Below are positions 1 to 8,058 of a DNA stretch of 25,724 bases, in pieces (within the stretch, counting starts at the first letter, position 1; the number at the start of each line of letters is the position of its first letter). Origin of the DNA: a virus (Duplodnaviria; Heunggongvirae; Uroviricota; Caudoviricetes); IMG/VR virus record IMGVR_UViG_3300006217_000018, positions 1 to 25,724 of that record. One strand, 5' to 3'. Made by a program: the position numbers and the translations under genes. The notes beneath the pieces are model-generated. The model had not been told where the DNA came from. It saw only the letters and a list, made by a program, of their open reading frames with translations, and made no database searches.

Positions 1-312
1 TTAGTTCTTAAGATATGAGATTAAGCGTATTCATGAACAGAAAGCAGACTTTTACAAAGAACACTTAGAAGATTTAAGATGTGGTATCTGGTGTTTTGTG
101 GATGGATACAAGAGCAATCAATCACTGAATCATCTGAAGCATAAAGTTCCATGTTGGGAAGCTGAGGTTTCTGATGATATAGAGTGTTATGATTGTAATT
201 GGGAAAAACTGATAACTATTTCTGATCCTGATGTGCTATGGGGGAGGGTGTTATATTCCTGAGAGGGAAATGTGGAAGATTAGAAATGTTAGGAGAAGAA
301 GGAGAATTGCGT
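1..312 (+). repeat. Duplicated block A (copy 1); aligns with 17278-17588
   Basis: Colinear nucleotide similarity read by eye, offset 17277. Confidence 0.95.
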
Positions 313-317
313 GTTGA
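1..317 (+). pseudogene. 3' part of a hypothetical gene, paralog of 17173-17590
   Basis: Frame reads FLRYEIKRIHEQKADFYKEHLEDLRCGIWCFVDG...; TAG at 2-4 where the paralog has GAG; G5 run at 240-244 (G4 in paralog) shifts the frame; restored end ...RNVRRRRRIAC* at 315-317. Confidence 0.7.
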
Positions 318-616
318 AAGAAAAACCTATGAAGGCTATGCCATATGAAATAAAACAAAAGTTAAGGCAGTATGCAAAGATTCAAACTAAGGCAAAAGAA
401 CTTTCAAAAGAAATAGGTGATATGCTTGAAAGCTATGGAGTACCAGAAGATAATTTAATTGCTCTAGGTAATACTTCATGGGATTGCGAGGAACCGCAAA
501 CGGAAGGACTTGCTTTTCTACATAATGGGGAGTGTAGTGATTTGGAGGAAACAATAAAGGATATAGAAAGAGTATTTCTATACTTTGTAAATAGAAATAG
601 TGCAGAAAAGTCTTGA
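311..616 (+). CDS. Hypothetical protein (101 aa)
   Basis: GTG start with AGGAG 6 nt upstream; its TGA stop is the left arm of the junction palindrome. Confidence 0.75.
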   Translation: MLKEKPMKAMPYEIKQKLRQYAKIQTKAKELSKEIGDMLESYGVPEDNLIALGNTSWDCEEPQTEGLAFLHNGECSDLEETIKDIERVFLYFVNRNSAEKS

Positions 617-629
617 AATGTTGCTTTCA
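614..629. repeat. Junction palindrome TGAAA-TGTTGC-TTTCA
   Basis: Perfect 5-bp arms; begins at a stop codon and is followed by GGAG RBS; start of duplicated block B. Confidence 0.75.
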
Positions 630-644
630 AGTGGAGAAAAAATT

Positions 645-860
645 ATGATTTGTTTGGATTGTGGTAATATGGATATAAGATATGATGAAAAAGAAAAATC
701 GTATCATTGCAATAATTGTGGTTCTCGTAATTTAGGGAAAAGAAAAGATGGATGTAAATATATGAGAGATAATGGATTGTGTGGTAAAAATCCGGCAGCT
801 ACATCATCAGGAGAGTGTGAAGCTTCATGCAGTTATTATGAAAGCAATTTTAGATCATAA
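645..860 (+). CDS. Cys-rich zinc-ribbon protein (71 aa)
   Basis: CLDC...CNNC plus 4 more Cys; ATG 645 preferred over track start 600 because of the GGAG RBS and the paralog at 18112. Confidence 0.85.
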   Translation: MICLDCGNMDIRYDEKEKSYHCNNCGSRNLGKRKDGCKYMRDNGLCGKNPAATSSGECEASCSYYESNFRS

Positions 861-866
861 ATTCTG

Positions 867-895
867 TTGACTTGTGCATAATAGCAGCATATAAT
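867..895 (+). promoter_or_regulatory. sigma70/A promoter of the TA operon
   Basis: TTGACT-17 bp-TATAAT; conserved in copy 2. Confidence 0.85.
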
Positions 896-899
896 ATAA

Positions 900-927
900 G
901 TACAGTAAATAGTACGGTTTTAAGTAC
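900..927. promoter_or_regulatory. Putative YefM-type operator: three GTAC cores at 12-bp period
   Basis: GTAC at 900, 912, 924; same spacing in copy 2; resembles the TGTACA 12-bp centre-to-centre yefM-yoeB operator. Confidence 0.7.
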
Positions 928-942
928 GGAAAGAGGTGCGTT

Positions 943-1200
943 ATGATTGCAACAAAACAAATGGATGTAAGAGCAAATATAAAAAAGTATTTTGATATGG
1001 CATTTAACGGGGAACCAGTGATTGTATCCCGTAAAGAGAATAAAAATGTAGTTATAATATCTGAAGCGGAATATAATGAATTGGCAAAAGCTAAAAAAAA
1101 TGCTGAATATCTTGCGAAATTGAATAGAGCAGATGAGCAGATTAAAAACGGTCAAGTAGTAACGAAAACTATAGATGAGCTTCTGGCAATGGAGGATTAG
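943..1200 (+). CDS. yefM: Phd/YefM-family antitoxin
   Basis: N-terminal ...DVRANIKKYFD...GEPVIVSR..KNVVIISEAEY pattern; directly upstream of a YoeB-type toxin. Confidence 0.92.
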   Translation: MIATKQMDVRANIKKYFDMAFNGEPVIVSRKENKNVVIISEAEYNELAKAKKNAEYLAKLNRADEQIKNGQVVTKTIDELLAMED

Positions 1201-1203
1201 TCT

Positions 1204-1467
1204 ATGAAAATCACTTTTGCAGAAGATGGATGGAGTGAATATCTCTATTGGCAGACTCAGGATAAAAAGATATTAAAGAAGATAAACCAATTATTACAAA
1301 GTATAGAACGGGATGGAGCATTGCAAGGAATAGGTAAACCAGAACCATTAAAATATGGGAAATCAGGATCGTTTAGTAGACGGATAGATGACGCAAATCG
1401 GTTGGTTTATGAGGTTTCTGATGATCATATTATTGTGAAATCTTGTAAGGGACATTATAATGATTGA
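1204..1467 (+). CDS. yoeB: Txe/YoeB-family mRNA interferase toxin
   Basis: EYLYWQ..DKK..KKIN.L..I, GIGKPEPLK, SRRIDDANRLVY, GHY motifs. Confidence 0.95.
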   Translation: MKITFAEDGWSEYLYWQTQDKKILKKINQLLQSIERDGALQGIGKPEPLKYGKSGSFSRRIDDANRLVYEVSDDHIIVKSCKGHYND

Positions 1468-1515
1468 AATAGGGGTTTAGATAATCAATCCATATGATTA
1501 GATTTGGAGGTAATT

Positions 1516-1725
1516 ATGAATAATACAACGTGGGATTCTACTATTGGAGATGGTGGTATGAGAATAGAGACTCCGAAAAAATTGACTTCATTTTTTGATG
1601 ACATCGAGAAAGTTTATAAAAAATACGGATTATCAATTGAAGGTAGCCATGCAGGATTTTCAATAAGAAAGTATAATGAAAAAGATATGGAAATATTGAG
1701 AGATGCAACTAAGAATTTTAAATAA
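1516..1725 (+). CDS. Hypothetical protein (69 aa)
   Basis: GGAGG 5 nt before ATG 1516. Confidence 0.7.
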   Translation: MNNTTWDSTIGDGGMRIETPKKLTSFFDDIEKVYKKYGLSIEGSHAGFSIRKYNEKDMEILRDATKNFK

Positions 1726-1756
1726 AATATTTTTGGATAGAGATTGGAAGGAATAA

Positions 1757-2068
1757 ATGATGGATATTGGAAAAAGCATGGGGTTATATAAACGAATTAT
1801 GAATCATGATCCAAAAGCCATTGATGAAATAGAAACTTTAGATGATGCAAAAGAAATTCTGAAAATGATAACAGGTAATGTATATTTAAATGGAGAAAAT
1901 TACAGTCTACAACAAGATTATATGCGCTTTAGAATGTCAAAAGAAGGTTCCAAAGATTGCTTTTCTTGTTCAAATAGTCATAGTGACGAACATGATACTT
2001 TACATTGTATGGAACGTAATGGGGAGACTGTAGAAGATAACGGATATTGTGATAAATGGAATGGATGA
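1757..2068 (+). CDS. Hypothetical protein with C-terminal CxxC/H/C cluster
   Basis: RBS GGAAGG; CFSC...LHC...YC; its stop is the left arm of the palindrome at 2066. Confidence 0.75.
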   Translation: MMDIGKSMGLYKRIMNHDPKAIDEIETLDDAKEILKMITGNVYLNGENYSLQQDYMRFRMSKEGSKDCFSCSNSHSDEHDTLHCMERNGETVEDNGYCDKWNG

Positions 2069-2081
2069 AATTCTAGTTTGA
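2066..2081. repeat. Junction palindrome TGAAA-TTCTAG-TTTGA
   Basis: One mismatch; starts at a stop codon, upstream of the Fic RBS. Confidence 0.65.
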
Positions 2082-2099
2082 TGGTTTATGGACAGAGAA

Positions 2100-2857
2100 G
2101 AGGTGTGATATGAGTAACAATAAAGAATTCTTAAAGTTTCTTCTAGAACGATTTGAAATTGAAAGAGAGCGATTTGACAGATCGGGTGTATATGCATACA
2201 CACAGCGTCTACTTGCTTATAACTCAAATAAGATTGAAGGTAGCACACTTACTGAGGAGCAAACTGCTTCATTATTTGATAATGGTACACTACCAAAATC
2301 AGATGATTATTACAGAGCAAAAGATGTTGAGGAAATGAATGGACATTTTCTTATGTTTAATAAAATGTTGGATACATTGGATGAGCCGTTGTCACAGGAA
2401 CTGATAAAGCAGTTTCATTATGAGTTGAAGTCTGGAGTATTTGAGGATCGTGCTAATGGATACACCATTGGTGACTATAAGCAGCGTCCTAATATGATTG
2501 GTATGTATCAAACTGTTAGACCAGAGAATGTTGAACAGGAAATGTATTTGTTAATGGACTGGTATGACAATCAGGTGGTAAATATTTCTGTATTAGCTGA
2601 GTTTCATGCAAGATACGAGAGTATTCATCCTTTTCAAGACGGAAATGGTAGGACAGGCAGGCTGATTCTTTTTAGGGAGTGCCTGAAGAATGGAATTGTG
2701 CCGGTTGTAATTGAAGATGCAAATAGAAATAAGTATCTGGAATCTTTGAAAGAATACAGGGAAGAAAAAAGTCGGAATAAATTGATTACACTTTTTGAAA
2801 AAGAGCAGCGGTTTTATTTTGAGAAGTGCAAATATTTTATGTAGGATATGAATGTTC
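2100..2857 (+). repeat. Duplicated block C (copy 1: Fic gene); aligns with about 20796-21564
   Basis: About 215/244 aa identical by hand alignment. Confidence 0.97.
2110..2844 (+). CDS. Fic-domain protein (class II, N-terminal inhibitory motif)
   Basis: Canonical HPFQDGNGRTGR and N-terminal SNKIEG ((S/T)xxxE(G/N)). Confidence 0.95.
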   Translation: MSNNKEFLKFLLERFEIERERFDRSGVYAYTQRLLAYNSNKIEGSTLTEEQTASLFDNGTLPKSDDYYRAKDVEEMNGHFLMFNKMLDTLDEPLSQELIKQFHYELKSGVFEDRANGYTIGDYKQRPNMIGMYQTVRPENVEQEMYLLMDWYDNQVVNISVLAEFHARYESIHPFQDGNGRTGRLILFRECLKNGIVPVVIEDANRNKYLESLKEYREEKSRNKLITLFEKEQRFYFEKCKYFM

Positions 2858-2864
2858 AGTTTTA
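2849..2864. repeat. Junction palindrome TGAAT-GTTCAG-TTTTA
   Basis: 4 nt after the Fic stop, before a GAGG RBS; end of duplicated block C. Confidence 0.7.
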
Positions 2865-2883
2865 TAAATAATGAGGTATTAAT

Positions 2884-3102
2884 ATGAGCAAAATATTAAG
2901 TACAATAGGAATTATTTTAGTAGTTGCTGGTACGATATTTAGTTTGTGGTCTATACTTGGCACAAAAGGAAATTATGTACAAACAGCAGATTGGTATGAT
3001 CATCAGCAGGAAAATTTCAAAAAAGATAAAAGGAAGGTTATTATTGGAACAATTTCTATTATTATTGGAAGTACATTGCAGATAATTGGATTATTTATAT
3101 AG
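2884..3102 (+). CDS. Small membrane protein with two hydrophobic segments (72 aa)
   Basis: Hydrophobic N- and C-terminal stretches separated by a charged loop. Confidence 0.75.
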   Translation: MSKILSTIGIILVVAGTIFSLWSILGTKGNYVQTADWYDHQQENFKKDKRKVIIGTISIIIGSTLQIIGLFI

Positions 3103-3105
3103 GGT

Positions 3106-3121
3106 TGAAAGTGAAATTTCA
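3106..3121. repeat. Junction palindrome TGAAA-GTGAAA-TTTCA
   Basis: Arms extend to TTGAAA/TTTCAA; 3 nt after a stop, before GGAGG. Confidence 0.75.
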
Positions 3122-3137
3122 ATTGACAGGAGGTATT

Positions 3138-3279
3138 ATAATACAAGTTATATTAGTTTTTGCTGTTCCTATTTTATTAACTTTGTTTGTAGCCTTTTTT
3201 GATTGAAAAATGGCAAGATAAGAAAACTAGATATGTGATTAAGTTTTGGAACTATATTGATGAATTAAATAAAAAATAG
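3138..3279 (+). pseudogene. Decayed small membrane-protein gene
   Basis: GGAGG followed by ATA (likely ex-ATG); hydrophobic frame IQVILVFAVPILLTLFVAFF, then a +1 shift to EKWQDKKTRYVIKFWNYIDELNKK*. Confidence 0.4.
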
Positions 3280-3644
3280 GAATTTAGAGGTATTTTATTG
3301 GATGCTACAAATCAACATATTGGGAATTTATTATATAAAATGTTTGAAAAGATGTTAAAGAAGTATTTGAGCAATATGCACATAAATTGGGGTTTGATAA
3401 ATTTGATCAGAAATGGGAAATAAGCGTGATGCATTGGACAAATGATATAATTATATGTAATCATTTCGATACAGAAGGAAATAGTATATTGGTAGGTGAA
3501 GATATAACATCTGATAAGTATTGAGATAAATTAAAATGATTAAAGTGTTCTGAAAGAAGTTAAATAATGGTTATAGGTTATAAAAAATTTTATAGAGCTA
3601 TATTAATGGGATATGTAGTTAAAAATTATTTAAAGCGATACAAT

Positions 3645-3914
3645 TTAAGTATCGCTTTTATTATTTTGTAAGTTGTCTAACATAGATTGATATATAAACA
3701 ATCTTTTTAATTGTGGATCATCGGTTACAAACATATCGTTTATAGAGCAATTTAATGCCTTACATATTTTTTCAATAGTATCAAACCGTATTGTTGATGT
3801 TTCTCCATTACAAATTTTACTAATATTATTAGGCGATATACCAGTCTGTTTACTTAACCAATATGGGGTTTTCCCTTGTTGGTTAAGTAATTCATTAATT
3901 CTTAGCGATAACAT
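3645..3914 (-). CDS. XRE/Cro-CI family HTH regulator (89 aa)
   Basis: LRINELL...TPYWLSKQTGISPNNISKICNG...IRFDTIEKICKALNCSINDMF; RBS AAGGAGGT. Confidence 0.92.
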   Translation of the reverse strand: MLSLRINELLNQQGKTPYWLSKQTGISPNNISKICNGETSTIRFDTIEKICKALNCSINDMFVTDDPQLKRLFIYQSMLDNLQNNKSDT

Positions 3915-3934
3915 ATTTATACCTCCTTATTCAT

Positions 3935-3963
3935 ATTATATCAAATAATAATATATTTATCAA
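3935..3963 (-). promoter_or_regulatory. Leftward promoter for the XRE gene
   Basis: Minus strand TTGATA-17 bp-TATAAT with extended TGn. Confidence 0.75.
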
Positions 3964-3972
3964 TAATATATG

Positions 3973-4001
3973 TTGACATATAATATAAAAGGATATATAA
4001 T
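3973..4001 (+). promoter_or_regulatory. Rightward promoter for the PemK/MazF gene
   Basis: Perfect TTGACA-17 bp-TATAAT. Confidence 0.9.
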
Positions 4002-4058
4002 AAAAACAGTCAAAGGTAATTTAAAATATACATATAAGAAAAGGAAGGAGGTATTGTA

Positions 4059-4445
4059 ATGTTTAAGTATAATAAATATGATGTTATATTTGGCGAATTT
4101 CCAGATATGGATGGTTCAGTGCAATCTGGGTATCGTCCGGGCATTGTTATACAAAATAATCTTGGAAATAAATACTCTCCTACATTGATTGTAATGCCTT
4201 TGACATCTAAAAATAAAAACTTAGATCAAGCTACACATTTATTAATAAAACATGATGAAACAAATGGATTGAAAGTGGATTCTATGTTATTAGCAGAACA
4301 AATTGCTACTATCGACAAAAAGAAAGTAAAAAAAATAGGACATATTTTCGATAGAAAATTACAGAAAAAAATATTTAAATGTTTCATATATTCAGCAGCA
4401 TATGGCGATAAAGATCAAGATTTAAAAGATTTGCAAATAGGTTAG
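4059..4445 (+). CDS. PemK/MazF-family endoribonuclease
   Basis: GSVQSGYRPGIVIQNN..N..SPT.IV.PLTS...S..LAEQI.TIDK pattern. Confidence 0.9.
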   Translation: MFKYNKYDVIFGEFPDMDGSVQSGYRPGIVIQNNLGNKYSPTLIVMPLTSKNKNLDQATHLLIKHDETNGLKVDSMLLAEQIATIDKKKVKKIGHIFDRKLQKKIFKCFIYSAAYGDKDQDLKDLQIG

Positions 4446-4456
4446 GAGAAAAAATA

Positions 4457-4780
4457 ATGAGTATAAAAAAAATAAATCGTAAAGAAGCAATAGAAGTAAT
4501 GGAAGAAAATTTAAGAATAATAAAAAATTGTAGTGATTCTGATACATTTCTTGTGATATCTAGTGATTTAAAAGAAAAAAGATTTATTGGTAATAGTAGA
4601 TTAAATAGAAATAGTGGAATAAAATTAATAGAAAAATCGAAAACATATGTTTTAAATGATGACCCAGACGAAGATCCTGTATCAGTTTTATCAATGTACA
4701 CAGTTATTCAGAAAGATATATTTAATATAATTCCAAATGGGGAAAAACATGATATGATAATTATTCCACAATTGAAATAA
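4457..4780 (+). CDS. Hypothetical protein (107 aa)
   Basis: AGGAG RBS; 11 nt after the mazF-like stop. Confidence 0.75.
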   Translation: MSIKKINRKEAIEVMEENLRIIKNCSDSDTFLVISSDLKEKRFIGNSRLNRNSGIKLIEKSKTYVLNDDPDEDPVSVLSMYTVIQKDIFNIIPNGEKHDMIIIPQLK

Positions 4781-4781
4781 G

Positions 4782-4833
4782 AATACAAACAAACGTTCTG
4801 AAAAAGTGATTGACAAATACAAACAAACGTTCT
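4782..4833 (+). repeat. 18-bp perfect direct repeat AATACAAACAAACGTTCT (4782-4799, 4816-4833), each containing a LexA/Cheo-like box
   Basis: CAAACAAACGTTCT matches 12/14 of CGAACRNRYGTTYG. Confidence 0.7.
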
Positions 4834-4838
4834 ATAAT
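4810..4838 (+). promoter_or_regulatory. Consensus sigma70/A promoter overlapped by the second box
   Basis: TTGACA-17 bp-TATAAT. Confidence 0.9.
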
Positions 4839-5179
4839 TATAGTTACAAATTAAAAAACATAAAAGACCCATCTAATCATACAAACGGTGTTGGCGCACC
4901 TCTGAATAAGATAGGTCTTAATACATACACACAAATTCGTTACCGAATGGTTAAGAATTTGAATGAGCAGAAACGCTCTTTTACATTATTACATATTTTT
5001 AGAGGTTAAGTCAAGTGAATTCAAGTGTTTCTGCAAAATTTAAATATAAATGTAGAATAATTGAGTAAATTGATTGTAAACATTAAAAAATATGTTAAAT
5101 ATATAAAATGTTTACTAAATCAGTGTTTTAAGTACACTGTATTTTTTATACCTATTTTTAAGAAAAGGAGATAAAAGAT

Positions 5180-5848
5180 ATGTTTATTTTGACAGATGGT
5201 AAAAATTATGTAATGGAAAATCCAATGAAGAAAGGGGTGTATATTAGTACAACGTCACCAGTACAAGCGAAAGAATTTACATATAGACAAGCGAAGGTAT
5301 TATTACAAAATAAGAAAAAGTCAATGTCGTGGATTCGATCGTATAACGCAGTTAATCAAGAAACAGGAATAATAGATAGAAATCTAAAGTATTATAAAGG
5401 CAATGGTGGGATGTATATTAATGAAAAAAACGTAGGTTTTAATGAATGCATTATTGAAAAGATATATGGAGAAACAGAATCTATTATTGGACTTGCTGGA
5501 TGGAGTATGACACAACTAAAAACATACGAAGAAGAATTATGTAATGGATTATCCAAATATGATTCTGCTGAGTCTGATATTGTTCATGCGCTCCAAAAAT
5601 ATAAAGAAGATAATGCTGGAAAGAAAGCACAAGCTCATAAAATGGCGAAAGTTGGTTATCTTCTTGACGAGGTAAGAGATAAACATAAGCATATTAAGCA
5701 ATGCTTGAATTACATAAAAGTAATGGAAGACGCAATTACATATAGTTACACTATTGAAAAGATAAAATTAGAACTTACTAAGGCTAAATATACAGAATAT
5801 AAAGGTAGAACAGAATATTATCAAAAAGCATTAGATTTACTAGATTAA
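5180..5848 (+). CDS. Hypothetical phage protein (222 aa), helical C-terminal half
   Basis: AAGGAG RBS, intact long ORF. Confidence 0.85.
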   Translation: MFILTDGKNYVMENPMKKGVYISTTSPVQAKEFTYRQAKVLLQNKKKSMSWIRSYNAVNQETGIIDRNLKYYKGNGGMYINEKNVGFNECIIEKIYGETESIIGLAGWSMTQLKTYEEELCNGLSKYDSAESDIVHALQKYKEDNAGKKAQAHKMAKVGYLLDEVRDKHKHIKQCLNYIKVMEDAITYSYTIEKIKLELTKAKYTEYKGRTEYYQKALDLLD

Positions 5849-5924
5849 TATGTGAAGATTGAATGTTTATGAATAGAAAAATATAGAAATAAATAATATA
5901 TAAATTATTGATGGGGTGTATAAA

Positions 5925-6581
5925 ATGGAACGAATAGAAATACCTGATAATTTGAAATCAGTAGTGAATTCATATTTTGTAGATAATGCAAAAAAATTAT
6001 GTAATATGGTTGATCAAATTTTATTTAAATTACATTTTACAAGTGTAGATAAAAATGATTTTTATTCTTTGGCAAATGAAATTTTTATGTATGCAATAAG
6101 GGACTATGATATTTCGCAATCTTTTGATGCTTTTTTATATTCATGTTTATACAAAAAATTTTGCACAGAAATGACAAATAGAACGAGAGATAAAAGATGT
6201 GCAAAAATTAAAATACAAGATAAAAATGAAATAGGTGAAATTGTGGAAAAAAATATAATTTTACCTGATATAAGCCTATATGCACCTATTAGCGAAGATG
6301 AAAGTTCTACTATTGGAGATATAATTGCTGATGATTTTTCTATTGAAAAAGAATTATTTGAGAAAGAAAAAAAAGAAGAATGGAGAAAAGAAATAATAGA
6401 TTACATTAACAATCTATCGCCTTTACAAAGAAAAATAGTGTTTCTTTTATCAGATGATAATACACCAAATGAAATCTGTGAAGAATTACATATTACAATA
6501 AAACATTTTAACAATTCTATGAAGAGAATTCTGTCAGATGAAAAAATAAAACCGCTTAGATCATTAGTAGAAAGGATGTAA
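5925..6581 (+). CDS. Phage-type sigma70-family RNA polymerase sigma factor (218 aa)
   Basis: Region-2-like FDAFLYSCLYKKF, linker SLYAPISEDE..TIGDII, region-4 HTH LSPLQRKIV..TPNEICEELHIT; GGGGTG RBS favours ATG 5925. Confidence 0.8.
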   Translation: MERIEIPDNLKSVVNSYFVDNAKKLCNMVDQILFKLHFTSVDKNDFYSLANEIFMYAIRDYDISQSFDAFLYSCLYKKFCTEMTNRTRDKRCAKIKIQDKNEIGEIVEKNIILPDISLYAPISEDESSTIGDIIADDFSIEKELFEKEKKEEWRKEIIDYINNLSPLQRKIVFLLSDDNTPNEICEELHITIKHFNNSMKRILSDEKIKPLRSLVERM

Positions 6582-6584
6582 ATT

Positions 6585-8045
6585 ATGAAATTATTAAGAG
6601 ATAAGATAAAAAGAGATACATATATGATATCTAAACTTTCTGGAATGATTGCAAGAGGAGATTTAAGAGATGATCATCCTCAACAAAGAAAATCTGGGCA
6701 GTGGGATAATAGTACTCGTGATAATTTTATTGTTACAGTTATTAAAAATGAAGATTTTGATCCAATTAAGATATGTGAACAACTTACAGAAGAAGGTATT
6801 ATTCTTTGGCTGATTGATGGGCTACAGAGGTCAACTACTATTGCAAACTATAAATCAGGAAAATTTGCTTTGGGGAAAAAGATTGATCCATGTGTGATTG
6901 AATATCAAGAAGCGATAAAGGGAGAAGACGGTAATATTACATATGAAAATATTTCTTATGATTTAAGAGGAAAAGCATATAAAGATTTACCAGAAAAATT
7001 AAAGGAAGATTTTGATAATTGTCCTGTAAATGTCGTAAAACATTTAGATTGTACTGATGAAGAAGTTGGAAGACATATTATTAGATATAATTCTGGCAGA
7101 CCAATGGTTACTGCACAAAAAATATCAGCATACATGTATAATACAGCGAAATATGTAAAGAAATTATCTGGACATGCCTTTTTTAACGATTGTGCCAATT
7201 ATTCTCAAACTGCTGATAGAAATGGAACTGTTGATAAAGTGGTATCGGAAGCGATTATGGGATTAAATTTTTTTGGTGTATGGAATAAGGACGCAAAAAA
7301 AATTGGAAAATATTTGAATGATAATGCAACAGAAGATATGTTTAATGATTTTGAAAGTTATTTAAATAGATTATTAGAAGTTGTTACACCACAAACAGGA
7401 AAACTATTTTCGTCCAAGAATTCGCTTATATGGTTTATGCTTTTTGACAAGTTTTCTAAAGAAGGGTTGCCTGATAATATATTCCAATTGTTTTTAGAAC
7501 ATTTTGAGGAAATGAAGAAAATAAAAATAGAAGTGCCACACGAATACAAATTAGTTAAGGGGAGTGAAGAATATACAAATAACCTTTCCTTTGCAGAACT
7601 TGATGGTTGTAATTCTACTAAAAATAAAGGAATTATTGAAGACAAATTATATATTTTAGAAACAGTGATGAATGATTTTATACATAAAAATTGTGATAAT
7701 AAAGAATACGTTGTAGAAGAACAAACAGTTACAGCAAAAGATATTATCAAGGAATATATCAAAGATGATATTGATGATGAAGAAATTGAGTTATTGGAAA
7801 TGATGACTAATGACATTTCTGAAGTAATTGAGAATTTTGACTCTGAATTTTTATCAGAAAATAATAGACCTTCGTTTGTTGCATTAGTTGGATATGCTGA
7901 TAAAAGTGGAAAAGATAAAATGTTGAATGATTGGTTAATACATTTTGAAAAAAAGAAAGAATTAATATCTGATCAGATACAGAATTTTTTACATATGAAA
8001 CAAGATTTTGATCGATATTGTGGAGAAAATAAAAAAAGTGCATAG
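6585..8045 (+). CDS. DUF262 (ParB/Srx-like) domain protein with long C-terminal extension (486 aa)
   Basis: PQQRKSGQWD, LIDGLQR and RYNSG motifs. Confidence 0.8.
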   Translation: MKLLRDKIKRDTYMISKLSGMIARGDLRDDHPQQRKSGQWDNSTRDNFIVTVIKNEDFDPIKICEQLTEEGIILWLIDGLQRSTTIANYKSGKFALGKKIDPCVIEYQEAIKGEDGNITYENISYDLRGKAYKDLPEKLKEDFDNCPVNVVKHLDCTDEEVGRHIIRYNSGRPMVTAQKISAYMYNTAKYVKKLSGHAFFNDCANYSQTADRNGTVDKVVSEAIMGLNFFGVWNKDAKKIGKYLNDNATEDMFNDFESYLNRLLEVVTPQTGKLFSSKNSLIWFMLFDKFSKEGLPDNIFQLFLEHFEEMKKIKIEVPHEYKLVKGSEEYTNNLSFAELDGCNSTKNKGIIEDKLYILETVMNDFIHKNCDNKEYVVEEQTVTAKDIIKEYIKDDIDDEEIELLEMMTNDISEVIENFDSEFLSENNRPSFVALVGYADKSGKDKMLNDWLIHFEKKKELISDQIQNFLHMKQDFDRYCGENKKSA

Positions 8046-8058
8046 GAGGTATATATTT

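Larger units (their letters stand above)
614..1491 (+). repeat. Duplicated block B (copy 1: Zn-ribbon gene + promoter + YefM/YoeB); aligns with 18082-18958
   Basis: Proteins 63/71, 81/85 and 80/87 identical (hand alignment). Confidence 0.97.

Noticed and set aside
3123-3142. TTGACA and TATAAT hexamers as a promoter
   Set aside because: The spacer is only 8 bp; the segment is better read as an RBS plus a mutated start codon.
4806-5009. 67-aa ORF in the track
   Set aside because: It starts inside the promoter, has no RBS, and overlaps the operator repeat and hairpin.
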